Shown: positions 39,055-51,621 of the stretch, piece after piece
Position numbering within the stretch: the first letter of the stretch is position 1
Layout: each line of letters begins with the position of its first letter
DNA from: Malacoraja senta
Taxonomy: Eukaryota
Reading direction: 5' to 3'
Length of the DNA stretch: 64,000 nt
Assembly: GCA_038087875.1 (NCBI GenBank)
Contig: JAXLNO010000600.1
Span: forward strand, 248,001-312,000
Notes under the pieces: generated by a model
Database searches by the model: none
What the model saw: the letters and a program-made list of their open reading frames with translations, nothing else
What the model was told of the DNA's origin: nothing
Program-made: the position numbers and the translations under genes

Positions 39055-39445
39055 TAATAATTATAATAATAAATACTTTATTGATCCCCTCAGGGAAATT
39101 CAGATGTCCAGAAGCCAACAACCAACAAACCCACACATTCAGAACGAAAGCAGACAAAAACTATATAAAATACAATATGGACAATACCTGAAAGCAATAA
39201 ATACATAAAAAGACCCAATAATTAACTATTAAAAAATGCAAAGCATCCCCATACAGCCTAGTATTATAAAATCTAATGGCTGCAGGGGTGAAGGATCTCC
39301 TGAACTGCTCCGTTCTACAGTGCAGGGAGAGGAGCCGGTTGTTGTTCCGTGTGCTCTTTTGACCCTCCAGAATTTCATGGAGGGGGTGCCCGGAGTTGTC
39401 GAGGATGACCTGCACCTTGCTCCTCATACACCTCTCAAGCACATC
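39055..39445 (-). mobile_element. Rex1/Babar-like LINE 3' fragment
   Basis: ILDNSGHPLH...RLLSLHCRTEQFRRSFTPAAIRFYN, then aataaa and a (tta)n tail. Confidence 0.7.
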
Positions 39446-40247
39446 CCAAACACTCCCCACCACCCCTCAATGCATGTTCACTTCTTTCAAAGTGTGGAAC
39501 CACAATGCAGAAACCCAAGAAGAATTAATTTACAGGCCTCATGAGAGGAATCATAGAATGAATGGAAAACAATTGTTAGGAACAAGCTACTGGGGTTGGT
39601 GGTTGAAGCAAAAAGTGACATTTAAAAGACTTGAATAAGCCAATGGATATGCAGGAAATGGAAGGATATCGGTTATGTGCAGGTAAATAAGTGATGATCT
39701 TGGTATGTTCAGCACAGACATTGTGGGCCAAAGGGCCTGTCCGTGTTCTGTACTACTATGCTCTATGTCATCAGGTGTTCATCTAATGTAATCATACGAT
39801 CTAAGTTCATAAGAGATAGTAGCAGAATTAGCCCATTCGGCCTATAAAGTCTCTCTCCTAACCCTATTCTCCTGCCTTCACCCCATAACCTCTGACACCC
39901 GTACTAATCAAGAATCTGTCTATCCCTGCCTTAAAAATATCCATTGACTTGAATCTGTGGCCTAGAATTCCACAGATTCACCACCCCCTGACTAAAGAAA
40001 TTCCTCTTGTAATAATCTTGGAGACGTTTTTATTTTTCAGACCAGGCAGCACAAAGTGGCAAAAGGAACTAGCAGAATAAGTTCATTAAAAAAAAAAATT
40101 GGATGTTAATTAATAATATCACACAGCATGGAAGCAGTGTGTTCTCCCCAAAGAGTCTATCTTGGTGATCAAGCACCCAATTACGCTAATCCCATTTTAT
40201 GCTTCTGATTTCCCCATCACTGCTACCACTGCATCCAGATTCTACCA

Positions 40248-40340
40248 CTGAAGAAGGGTTTCGGCCCGAAACGTTACCTATTACCTTCGCTCCATAGATG
40301 CTGCTGCACCCGCTGAGTTTCTCCAGCATTTTTGTGTACC
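40248..40340 (+). mobile_element. Penelope-derived mini-retroelement starting at a hammerhead core
   Basis: Begins ctgaagaagggtttcggcccgaaacgtt. Direct repeat ttctaccact at 40240-40249 and 40341-40350. Confidence 0.82.
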
Positions 40341-41481
40341 TTCTACCACTCATAGTTGAACAACATGCAAAGGTGTTTCACTGGACAAGTGGTTGGTGGG
40401 GATTGAATAGAATGGGTTTATATTATTTTATTCTGTAGATTTTTGAAGAACAGGAAGCAATTTTTTGGGGAATGTTAATTTTTATTGTTGGAGACAAAGG
40501 AATTGTAGATGCTGGAATCTAGAGAATACACAAAGTGTGAGAGAAACTCAGTGGATCAGGTAGCCTCGGGTTGAGCCTCTTTACACATTGTAGTATGAGC
40601 GAGAAAGCTGGACATGGGAGGCAGGGGCAGGACAAAGCTGGAAAGTAATGGGTATATGGGAGAGGAGGGGTAGGGTAAGGTGAGTGACAAAGGCTAGATG
40701 TGAAAAGGAGACAAAAGGGTGTCAGATAAGGAAAGAAGAGGCAATGTAATGCCAGAGAGAGGGATAGAGGTGGAGGGGGAGGGGGTGGTGGGGGAGGGGG
40801 GAGGTGGTGTTAAGAGTCAAGAGTTTTATTGTCATGTGTCCCAGCTAGGACAATGAAATTCTTGCTTGCTGCAGCACAACAGAATATGTAAGCATAATAC
40901 AGAACAGGAGATAAAAGTTCAGTGTGTCTAAATATCATTATATACCAGTGTGTCTATATACCAATAGGCATTGTTGATCAGATGTAGTAAGGTTGTTACT
41001 ATTAGCTGGAGGTACACAAAAATGCTGGAGAAACTCAGCGGGTGGAGAAACTCAGGGTTTCGGCCCGAAACGTTACCTATTTCCTTCGCTCCATAGATGC
41101 TGCTGCACCCGCTGAGTTTCTCCAGCATTTTTGTGTACCTTCGATTTTCCAGCATCTGCAGTTCCTTCTTTAACACTATTAGCTGGATGTAGTTTATGTA
41201 TAAGTGATTTGGTGGTTTAGGAGGTGGTGGTGAGATGAAAAATGACTTCACTCAGGTTTATTAATTCAGTGCCCCTAGCTGGCAGTGAATATTCATTCAA
41301 TGATTATAGACCAAGGCTGAGATCAATCAATTTTGAGAACAAGCAGCCCAAAGGGTAGAACATTTGGACTGAAAAGAAGTGTCAACCATGATCTAATTGA
41401 ACAGTGAAAAGTGCTTTTAGGAGCTAACTGACCTATTTCTTATGATCTTGAAATTCATTGCTTTTAGGTTTTGTGCAATTA

Positions 41482-41765
41482 GGGCAGTACGGTGGCGCAG
41501 CGGCAGAGTTGCTGCCTTACAGCGCCAGAGACCCAGGTTCGATCCTGACTATGGGTGCTGTCTGTACGGAATTTGTACGTTCTGCTTGTGACCTGCACAG
41601 GAAACTGTGAGCCTCCGGGTTCTTCCCACACACCAAAGGCATAAATGTAAATTGTCCCTAGTGTGTGTAGGATAGTGTTCATGTGCGGGGATCGCTGGTC
41701 GGCACGGACTTGGTGGGTCGAAGGGCCTGTTTCCGCGCTGTATCTCTAAACTAAACTAAACTAAA
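41482..41765 (+). mobile_element. tRNA-derived V-SINE (HE1-like)
   Basis: A box ggtggcgcagcgg, B box ggttcgatcc, V-domain, CR1-like tail and (ctaaa)n. Related copies at 1235-1520 (+) and 23680-23975 (-). Confidence 0.8.
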
Positions 41766-42082
41766 AAAGTTTGAAGTAGGGTCTTGACCCGAAACGTCAC
41801 CCTTTCCTTCTCTCCAGGGATGCTGCCTGTCCCGCTGAGTTACTCCAGCATTTTTTGTCTACCTTAAACTAAAAAACTAATCAGCCTGCACTCAGTGTTA
41901 TTAAACATATTGTTGAGAAATAGTTGGTTAGTGCAATAATAGCATGCAAAGTATATTGGTTCACCAATGAATGCTTGTGAGTTGATATTATATGCATTAT
42001 GTTTTTGTTAACTTCTGCAATTATAATTGTTAATTTCTTACATTCTGAATTTGTTTTATTTCACAGCTGTGTGTTCGAAACA

Positions 42083-42598
42083 ATGGTCAATCTTGAAGGT
42101 TACTGTGAGGGCAACTCATCCTTGTCAGAAGTATGGATTCAACATGGACTATTCCCATGTTTTTATTTCACCCTTGTTTCAACAGTACTTTTGAGCATTG
42201 TCTTCTTTCTTGGTGCACTGCAGTGTGCTTGTTACAATATATATGGCACCACCATGGAGCCAAAGCACGTACCTCGCTCTCGTCTGTTCCACCTTCAGTT
42301 GTTGCTAACAATAATCCTGCTGCTGCAGTTTGCAACCTACATCCTCTGGCAGGTCTTCAGCTTGGACACCATCTACGGATACATGATTGTATATTCTTGC
42401 CTATCTCTCATCGGATGGGCATGTACCATCTTCCTGCTACACTTGGAGCGCAAAAGGGTGATGGTGCGCGACAGAACGCGTGGCCATGGTACTATTCTAT
42501 TACTTTTCTGGGCTCTGGGATTTGCAGCGGAGAATCTGGCATTTGTGTCGTGGAAAAGTCCTCTATGGTGGTGGTCCCTGGACAATACTGACCAGAAG
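42083..42598 (+). CDS. ABCB6: ABCB6 (ATP-binding cassette B6) first coding exon, TMD0 region
   Basis: MVNLEGYCEGNSSLSEVWIQHGLFPCFYFTLV...LLLFWALGFAAENLAFVSWKSPLWWW matches the ABCB6 N-terminus. Acceptor tttcacag| at 42066, donor AAG|gtatgt at 42598. Confidence 0.92.
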
Positions 42599-42739
42599 GT
42601 ATGTTCTGGAAATATCATTTAATATGGAGGTAAATGTTCATTAAATGTTTAAAACTGAGTTTTCACAGATCCAGTAACCGGTGACATACCTGTAAGTTGG
42701 GTATTTATTGTGACCTATGGCGGGGAATTGATTAAAGCT

Positions 42740-43502
42740 GAGATTACTATCTAAATGGCTAATTTGATAGTAAGTTGGGAAAAGGGGAAGTACAACGGGA
42801 TCTGGGGGGTCCTTGTTCATCAGTCTATGAAAGTAAGCATGCAGGTACAGCAGGCAGTGAAGAAAGCGAATGGCATGTTGGCCTTTATAACAAGAGGAGT
42901 CGAATATAGGAGCAAAGAGGTCCTTCTACAGTTGTACAGAGCCCCAGTGAGACCACACCTGGAGTATTGTATGCAGTTTTGGTCCCCTAATTTGAGGAAG
43001 GACATTTTTGCTATTGAGGGAGTGCAGCGTAGGTTTACAAGGTTAATTCCCGGGATGGCGGGACTGTCATCTGCTGAGAGAATGGAGCGGCTGGGCTTGT
43101 ACACTCTGGTGTTTAGAAGGATGAGAGGGAATCTCATTGAAACATGTAAGATTGTTAAGGGTTTGGACATGCTCGAGGCAGGAAACATGTTCCCGATGTT
43201 GGGGCAGTCCAGAACCAGGGGCCACAGTTTAAGAATAAGGAGTAAGCCATTTAGAACGGAGACGAGGAAACACTTTTTCTCACAGAGAGTTGTGAGTCTG
43301 TGGAATTCTCTGCCTCAGAGGGCGGTGGAGGCAGGTTCTCTGGATGCTTTCAAGAGAGAGCTAGATAGGGCTCTTAAAAATAGGGGATATGGGGAGAAGG
43401 CAGGAACGGGGTACTGATTGGGAATGATCAGCCATGATCACATTAAATGGCGGTGCTGGCTCGAAGGGCCAAATGGCCTACTCCTGCACCTATTGTCTAT
43501 TG
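42740..43502 (+). mobile_element. CR1 3' fragment in ABCB6 intron
   Basis: ORF 42755-43417 is the CR1 ORF2 C-terminus. Confidence 0.9.
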
Positions 43503-46399
43503 AATGTTTCATGTTGGGGACTTTGCATTAATCAAATCATGCTTTGTTAACATTACACTTGTTCACCATCCTGGTAAAGAGCCATGAAGATCAGCCATCA
43601 TAATCAATTGATATAATACAAGCTTGGTGATGTGCGAGAACAGCCCCCCAAAAATGTTAAGAGTTCAAGAGACATTTATTATCACATCCACCAATTGGTA
43701 CAGTGAGATTTGAATTACCATACAGCCATACAAATAAAAAGAACACAATACACAATATAATTTAACATGAACATCCCCACACAGCAAAATCAACGTTTCC
43801 CACTGTGAGGGAAGGCAATAAAGTTCAGTTATCTTCCTCATTGTTCACCCGTGGTCGGGGCCTTTGGGCCCTACGCATTTGCCGCAACGGCGACCCGATG
43901 TTTCAGGCCCTCTCGCCGGGATGATCGGAGCACCGGCGTCGGAACGGAGAACACTCTCACTGGCTTGGAGTTTCCGAATCGGCCACTTCTTACTGGAGAC
44001 CGCGGCTCCCGAAGTCCACATGCCGAGCTGGACGTAGCTCCAACAGTGGCGATCCCCAGCAAAGATCCGAGGCTCCGTGATGTTAAAGTCAGCGCCACCC
44101 GCAGCTGGAAGCTCCGCAAACCACAGCTCCACGGTGTTAATCAGCAGGTCAACACTCCGGAGCTCCACACGGCGATCCCTGGTAATGGCATCGCCCGCTC
44201 CGTGATGGAATCCAGTGCTGCGCCGCCGCTGAAGCTCTGGCCGGTCTCCGGCAGGAAAGGCTGCGCCAATCCAGATGGTAGGCCGCGAGGGGGGGGGGGG
44301 GAAGATGCGACTCGGAGAATAGATGCATCCCGACCAGGAAGTGACTGGGAAACGGTTTCCCCCTTCCCCTCCCCACCTCCCCACATAAAGAAGACTAAGA
44401 AACCTCCAGGAACATACTTTTAAACAGACTAAAAATAACAAAAAGGGTGAAAGGATGAACAGACTGCTGGCGAGGCTGCCAGGCGCGGCACCACCCGATG
44501 ACGATATGTTATGTATTTAGCTTGGGAACAATAAACCAAAAGAGGGATGTATTTAGTTTGGGTTTATGTGGGAATAGACCTCCGAAAGTGTGAGGTATTT
44601 GGAGAGGGAAATTCTAATTGGAGGATGAGGGGCAGAACGTCTGGGGGAGAGAAATACAAGGATTTCCTTTCATAGCTGGAGGGTCCAATGTGCTTGTGGT
44701 CGATAAAGAAACCCATTTTCTTTTTTTATAAAGAACTAAAATATGCCACTGCTATCCTGAAGAACATGATTATCCTTGTGGAAGATTGAAAGTTTTAATG
44801 GAATGAATAAAATGGAATACTTTATTGTCACACGCAACAAGGCACAGTGAAATGCTTTGCTTGCTTACCCAAGGTATGCAAATAGTTGCCACGTAAACAG
44901 CGCTGACAAAGTATCCTGCGCCCGTTCCTCCTTTGCTCTCCTCCTCCTTCAGAATGGCTGCCTGGGTATTAGATGTAAGGAAAGTTTGGACAGACTTGAA
45001 TTATTTTCTCTGGAGTGCCAGAGGTTGAGGGAAGGTCTTATAGAAGTATACAAAATCTTGAGGTAGACAGTCAGAATCTTTTTCCCAGGGTGAAAATATC
45101 AAATACAAAAGGCATAGTTTTAAGGTGCAAGGGGCAACGTTGAAAGAAAAACATTGTAGACCAAAGGGCCTGTTCCTATGCTGTACTTTTCTATAAAGAT
45201 CAAATAAAAATTTCAATGTTAAGGACACTTATTGCAAAATAAAATTGTGCTGGGGTGAATGATCAGCTGTTAACGAGCAGACTCGAGGGGCAGAATACCT
45301 GCTCTTTCCCATGTTCTTATGACCCTATGTCTCTGGATGATTGAATGAAAGAGTAAGAAGAAAATGAATATTAGTGAAGGGCGAAAGGCAAATTTTGGGG
45401 GGCTCAACATTTTGTCCGTATTGAATGCACTCATCTTGATGGGTTTTTCAAGATCTAAAGCAATCCGATTTAAAGCACTGATGTGAAGTAGATTTTATTG
45501 TCTACCTTTTACAGAACAATGTGTAGGAAGGAACTGCAGATGCTGGTTTACACCGAAGATAGACTCAAAATACTGGAGTAACTCAGCGGGACAGGCAGCA
45601 ACCCTGGATAGCAGGAATGCTCTATTTGTGCTCTGAAGAAGGGTCTTGACCCAAAATTTCAACCATTCCTTCTAATCATAGATGTTGCCTGTCCCGCGGA
45701 GTTACTCCAGCATTTTGTGTCTATCTTTTACAGAAAAATGTTTGTTAAACAGTTTTAATATCAGTACAGTGAAAGGTTATTTAATTATCACAAAGGTGGA
45801 GGTATGCATATAGCTAATCAGATTGATCTGAGTTTGGAATTAAGTACTTTTCATAAGGGAGAAGAACAAGGCTATGCATCTTGTGTGGCATTATTTACTA
45901 TTTCCAAAGCCCTTCCTGTGCAATGTACCAATCGTATAATCTCAGCAACCGTCTGACGGTGTGCTTTTGTTTTTCTGTACTTAACAACCTTTTGGGGCAC
46001 CTGCAATAATTCAGCATTATCATAATCATCCCAGCATCTCTGATGTAATTTTATTGTAGTGACATTCAGCTAGAATTGCTGAATCACGGTTGTCTCAACT
46101 CATAACTTTCATATAATTAAAAATTATTGCAACTTGCATTAATCTATTCAGTAAATTGAATATGTACTTAAAAAAGAGACGTGTTGAAAGAGTAGAAGGG
46201 GTGAAGACCTAGGATAAAGAAGAAACAAAATAGCAATAGGCCTAAGGTAGACAAAAATGCTGGAGAAACTCAGCGGGTGAGGCAGCATCAATGGAGCGAA
46301 GGAAATAACCAACTTTTCGGGCCAAAACCCTTCTTCAGACTGAAATAGGCCTAGTCTGCATATTGCTCAGCCACTAAAATAAAGGACAATCTTTTATTT

Positions 46400-47945
46400 A
46401 GTAGAAATAAGGAACTGCAGGTGCTAGTTTACAAAGTGCTGGAGTAACTGAGTGGGTCATGCAACATCTCGAGAATATGGACAGGTTACATTTTGGGACA
46501 GGACCCTTCTTCAGACTGATTGTGGTGGGGTTGGGGGGGGGTGGTGTTGACGGGAAGACACCTGGCAAGTGTTAGGTGGATACAGATAAACGGGGGGGTG
46601 TTGGAAAGCAGATGGTTGGACAAAGGCCAGAGATGAAAAGACAGAAGGTGTGAGAGAAAAGGATTGAAGGGTTACAAATTGTGGAGCTAGAATATGGAAG
46701 TAGGTGGAAGGGGAAGGGGGGGAGAGAAATAGATGCGAGTCCAGGTGGGGCATAGGGGAGAGAGTGCGGAGGTAGAAAGGAGGAAGAGGGCGGGGTTTGT
46801 AGTTACCAAAAAGCGGGAAATCCAATGTACACCCCGCTGGGTTTCAAGCCACCCAACGGGATTTGCATGATGATCCTCTTGTTTGCGTATGGCCTCACTC
46901 TGGCAATGGGGGAGGCCCAGGACAGAAAGGTCAGTGTGGAAAGTTAATATAGTTGGCAACAGGAAACTCCAGCAGGCCACGGTGAACCAATCGTACGTGT
47001 TCAATGAAACGGTCGCTGTGTAGGTTTGGTCTCGCTGATGTACAGGAGGCCATAATCCAAGTGAGTCTGATGTCAGGGTGGAAGTTAGCGGTGAAGGTAA
47101 TGAAACCTATGAGTTCTGCACGTGAACAGGATGCAGCCCCGATGCGTCATCGATGTAGCAGAGAAAAATATGGGGGATGGTTCCAGTGTACATTTGGAAC
47201 AAGGATGTAACCAAGAAAAATACAGGCATCGATGGGGTCCATGCGAGTGCCCAAGGCTACTCCTTTAATTTGAAAAATATGAGAGTAGTCTAAAGTGAAG
47301 TTGTTGAGGGTGAGGACTAGTGCTGCCAAGCGGAGGGAAATTGATTGTATCTCTGTTCAAAGAAAAACTGGAGGGCCTTGAGGGCATGAAGATGTAAAGG
47401 GACGGGACTAACTCCACCACGGTGAAGATGGGGCAATGGGGGCCTAGAAATATAACATTGTTGAAGGGCATGCGAGATGTCTCGAATGTAGGTCGGAAGG
47501 GAATGGATAAGGGGGGGATAGGATGCATTCAATGTATTTGGAGATGAGTTCTGTGGGGCAGGAGCAGGCAGAAACAATGGGTCTGCCAAGGCAGTCCTGT
47601 TTGTGGATTTTGGGATGGAGATCGAAGCGGCTGGGCAACGATAAGGTTGGTGGCTGTGGAGGGGAGATTGCCAGAGGTGATGAGATCAGAGACAGTCTGA
47701 TAGATAATGGCCTGGTGTTTGTCTGTGGATCATATTCGAGGGGTAGGTCTGAGGAGGTGTCTGAGAGCTAGCCCCCGCCCTTAGCACGGTGGAGGTCAGC
47801 CTGCCAATTTACAACGCATCTCCCCCGTCAGCCTCCCCACCACAATCAGTCTGAAGAAGGGTCCCGACCCGAAACGTCACCTATCCACGTTCTCCGGAGA
47901 TGTTGCCTGAACCCGCTAAGTTACTCCAACACTTTGTGTCATCTT
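46400..47945 (-). mobile_element. Decayed Penelope-like element with inverted terminal pseudo-LTR
   Basis: RT remnants PKIHKQDCLGRPIVSACSCPTELISKY and LTLNNF...QIKGVALGTRM. Hammerhead-like motif on the minus strand near 46487-46515 and an inverted intact copy at 47851-47878. Confidence 0.8.
47851..47878 (+). ncRNA. Minimal type I hammerhead ribozyme motif (representative copy)
   Basis: CUGAAGA-A-GGGU(CCCG)ACCC-GAAA-CGUC: full core, 4-bp stem II, palindromic ACGU in place of stem III, GUC triplet. Confidence 0.7.
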
Positions 47946-48977
47946 TTACTTAGTACCGTTTTCAACATAATTTTTATTCATCCATTAGATCAAAATCTTC
48001 CATAATTTTAAGGGCCACAGGAGAAAAAAACGTCAGTCTTATGATCGTATGTAGACATAAAATGCTGGAGTAACAGCAGGACAGGCAGCATCTCTGGAGA
48101 GAAGGAATTGGCGTTTCGGGTCGAGACCCTTCAGACGTCACTGGTGTGAAGGAATAAGATGTAAATGAATATTAATGAAGAGCTAAAGGCAGATTTTTGA
48201 AAATTGGCCGTGCTGTATGCATGCATTAACATAGAGTCATAGAGTGATACAGCGTGGAAACAGGCCCTTCGGCCCAACTCGCCCACACCAGCCAACAATG
48301 TCCCAGCTACACTCGTCTCATTTGCCTGCGCCTGGTCCATATCCCTCCAAATCTGTCCTATCCATGTACCTGTCTAACTGTTTCTTAAATGATGGGATAA
48401 TCCCAGCCTCAATAGACAATAGACAATAGGTGCAGGAGTAGGCCATTTGGCCCTTCGAACCAGCACCGCCATTCAATGTGATCATGGCTGATCATCCCCA
48501 ATCAGTACCCCGTTCCTGCCTTCTCCCCATATCCCCTGACTCCGCTATTTTTAAGAGCCCTATCTAGCTCTCTCTTGAAAGCAACTACCTCCTCTGGCAG
48601 CTTGTTCCATACACCCACCACCCTTTGGGTGAAAAAGTTACCCCTCGGATTCCTATTAAATCTTTTCCCCTTCACCTTGAACCTATGTCCTCTGGTCCTC
48701 GATTCCCCTAATCTGGGCAAAAGACTCTACCCGATCTATTCCTCTCATGATTTTGTATACCTCTATAAGATGATCCCTCATCCTCCTGCGCTCCGTGGAA
48801 TAGAGACCCAGCCTACTCAACCTCTCCCTTTTGCTCTTGATGTTTTTTCAAGATTTAAAGCAATTAGCCTAAGATGCTGATTTGAAAAATAATTTATTGT
48901 CTACCTTTTGCAGAATCAGTCAATCGGTCAAAAAATTCTTTAGTATCATTAAAGTGAAGGATTCTTTTATCTTCAAG

Positions 48978-49497
48978 AATAGACAATATACAATAGACAA
49001 TAGGTTCAGGAGTAGGCCATTCGGCCATTCGAGCCAGCACCGCCATTCAATGTGATCATGGCTGATCATCTACAATCAATACCCCGTTCCTGCCTTCTCC
49101 CCATATCCCTTGACTCCGCTTTCTTTAAGAGGCCCATCTAGCTCTCTCTTGAAAGTATCCAGAGAACCGGCAGAGAATTTCACAGACTCACAACTTTCTG
49201 TGTGAAAAAGTGTTTCCTCACCTCCGTTCTAAATGGCTTACCCCTTATTCTTAAACTGTGGCCCCTGGTTCTGGACTCCCCCAACATCGGGAACATGTTT
49301 CCTGCCTCTAACGTGTCCAAACCCTTAATAATCTTATATGTTTCAATAAGATCCCCTCTCATCCTTCTAAATTCCAGAGTGTACAAGCCCAGCCGCTCCA
49401 TTCTCTCAGCATATGACAGTCCCGCCATCCCGGAATTAACCTGGTAAACCTACGCTGCACTCCCTCAATAGCAAGAATGTCCTTCCTCAAATTAGGT
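48978..49497 (-). mobile_element. CR1 3' fragment with an imperfect target duplication
   Basis: agtgaagg..ttttatcttcaagaa occurs on both sides. Confidence 0.85.
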
Positions 49498-49959
49498 GAA
49501 GGATTACAGTGAAGGGTTTTTTTATCTTCAAGAACCTGGAGGTGTGAGTGTTGTTGATCAGATTGACCTGAGTTTGGAATGAAGGACTTTCATAAGAGAA
49601 AAGAACAAGGCTATACGCAAACAGTATGACAAATTTTAGTTTTTGACCCGTGTTGTGTCCAAAACCCTTCCTGAGCAATGTACAATTGTGCAATCTCTGA
49701 AACCATCTGATGATATGCTTTTGTTTAGTTAACATACTGTTTAGGGCACATTATTGTAATCATCCCAGCATCTGTGATGTAATTTTATTGTAGTGACATT
49801 CAACTAGAATTGCTGAATCACAGTTGAAACTCATAGTGTTCATATGTTTTAAAATTATTGTTACTTGCATTAATCTGTTTGGGAAATTGAATATGTACTT
49901 GGAAATGAGGTATTGAAAGAGCAGAGGAGTGAAAAGCTCGGACAAAGAGAATAAGAACA

Positions 49960-50590
49960 GTTTAGTTTATTAATTTATTATTGTCACATGCAACAAGGTA
50001 CAGTGAAAAGCTTTTTGTTTCGTGCTATCCAGTCTGTGAAAAGACTATGTATTACAATCAAGCCGTCCACAGTGTACAGATATAGGATAAAGGGTATATC
50101 ATTTAGTTCAAGATAGAGTCCAGTAAAGCCCGATTAACGATAATTTGCAGGTCTCCAATGATGTAGGTGGGAGGTTGAGAGGATGATTCAATTGCCTGTT
50201 AATAGCTTGGAAGAAACTGTCCCTGAATCTGGAGGAATACATTTTCAAACTTCTGTACCTGTTGCCTGATGGAAAGAGGGAGTGACCGGGGTGAGACTAG
50301 TCCTTGATTATGCTGGTGGCCTTGCCAAGGCAGCGTGACGTGTCAATGGAGTCGATGGAAGGGACGTTGGTTTGTGTGATGGTCTGGGCTACGTCCACAA
50401 GTCTGCAAGCTCTTGCGGTCTTGGATGGAGCTGTTCCCAAACCACGCTGTGATGCATCCCGATAAAATGCTTTCTGTAGAAAGCCCACCTGTAGACGTTG
50501 GTGAAGAAATGCTGAACTTTCTAAGCCTTCTAAGGAAGTAGAGGCGTTGGTGTGCTTTCTTGGCCATTGCTTCGATGTGGCTGGTCATGG
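49960..50590 (-). mobile_element. Rex1/Babar-like LINE 3' fragment
   Basis: AKKAHQRLYFLRRLRKF and ESILSGCITAWFGN remnants. Confidence 0.75.
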
Positions 50591-51621
50591 AAGTCTGTCC
50601 GGGCCATTTGCTTTCTGTGGGTTCATCCTCAGGAAGGCTGATCTAACTGGACAGAAGAAACAAAAATAGAAATAAGCATAATCTAAAGTATGATCTTTTG
50701 GTTAGTATTGTGTCTTAGGCCCCCTTTGGTCACGGCTGACCATGGGTCTCCAGGGTGCTATTCCCTATATGGAGGACGCCTGTGCGTGACTTTGTTTAAC
50801 GTGGAGAGACTGGTGCACAGACAGCCACCCCACAGTCCTTGACAGATCTGGGTCAGGATCCAGTGGCATGGTGACAAGGTGACAATCCACGGAGAATACT
50901 GTATACAGCTAGTATTGTATTCTAGCTGTATATTAATTGATTCCCTCAATATCCAAAAGTCTGCAGATAGTGGATTATTAGTGTTTTATTGTATTCGGTT
51001 CCATTTGATTGCAACTCGATAGCAATTTCTTTTGAGAATGAACATTTCCAAACAGGTAATTTTATATAAGATCTAAATAGCTGCATACTGAATATAATGT
51101 AGGCAAGGGTGTGCCAGACAATGTCTCATACTTTCTTGACTTGGCTGCTGTCCAGTATTATTACTGCAAGTTTTTTCATGGATTTCTGTGACACCGCAAG
51201 TTTTTTGCAATATCTTGAGCTTTTCCTCTAGAAATACTCTAGGATAACCTGCCTTTTCTTTGGTATACAAGTGTTCCTCTTTGCAAGTCTCTAGAACCAG
51301 GCATGGACATCCGTTTTGTAGGAGTAGTTGTAGAAAGTAGCTTGATCTCTATCTCAAGTTCATATTTTCATAAGTGCATAAAGTTCATACAACTTGCTCA
51401 CATTGACTTCATAAGTCCATAAAGTTCATACAACTTGTTCACAATGACTCCTCTTTGAAATATAGTAGAAGGGCCAGGCTTTCCCTGATGATATGAGGCA
51501 AAAGTATATGATTAGACTGGGGAGAGATTAAAATCTGGAGAAAATGGGCAAGTAGTGAGCTGATGAAGAGAAGAGTGAGGTCGGTATTCCTAAAAGAAAA
51601 GACAAGGTATTTGAAATAAAA

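Noticed and set aside
41482..41560. tRNA gene
   Set aside because: It is the tRNA-derived head of a V-SINE and continues into the SINE body and tail.
43845..44441. 190-198 aa ORFs on both strands
   Set aside because: They lie inside a GC-rich repeat and are not preserved in the related copies.
49770..49826. Box C/D snoRNA in the duplicated intron core
   Set aside because: The C box is imperfect (GUGAUGU) and the span to CUGA is only about 45 nt, too short to support.
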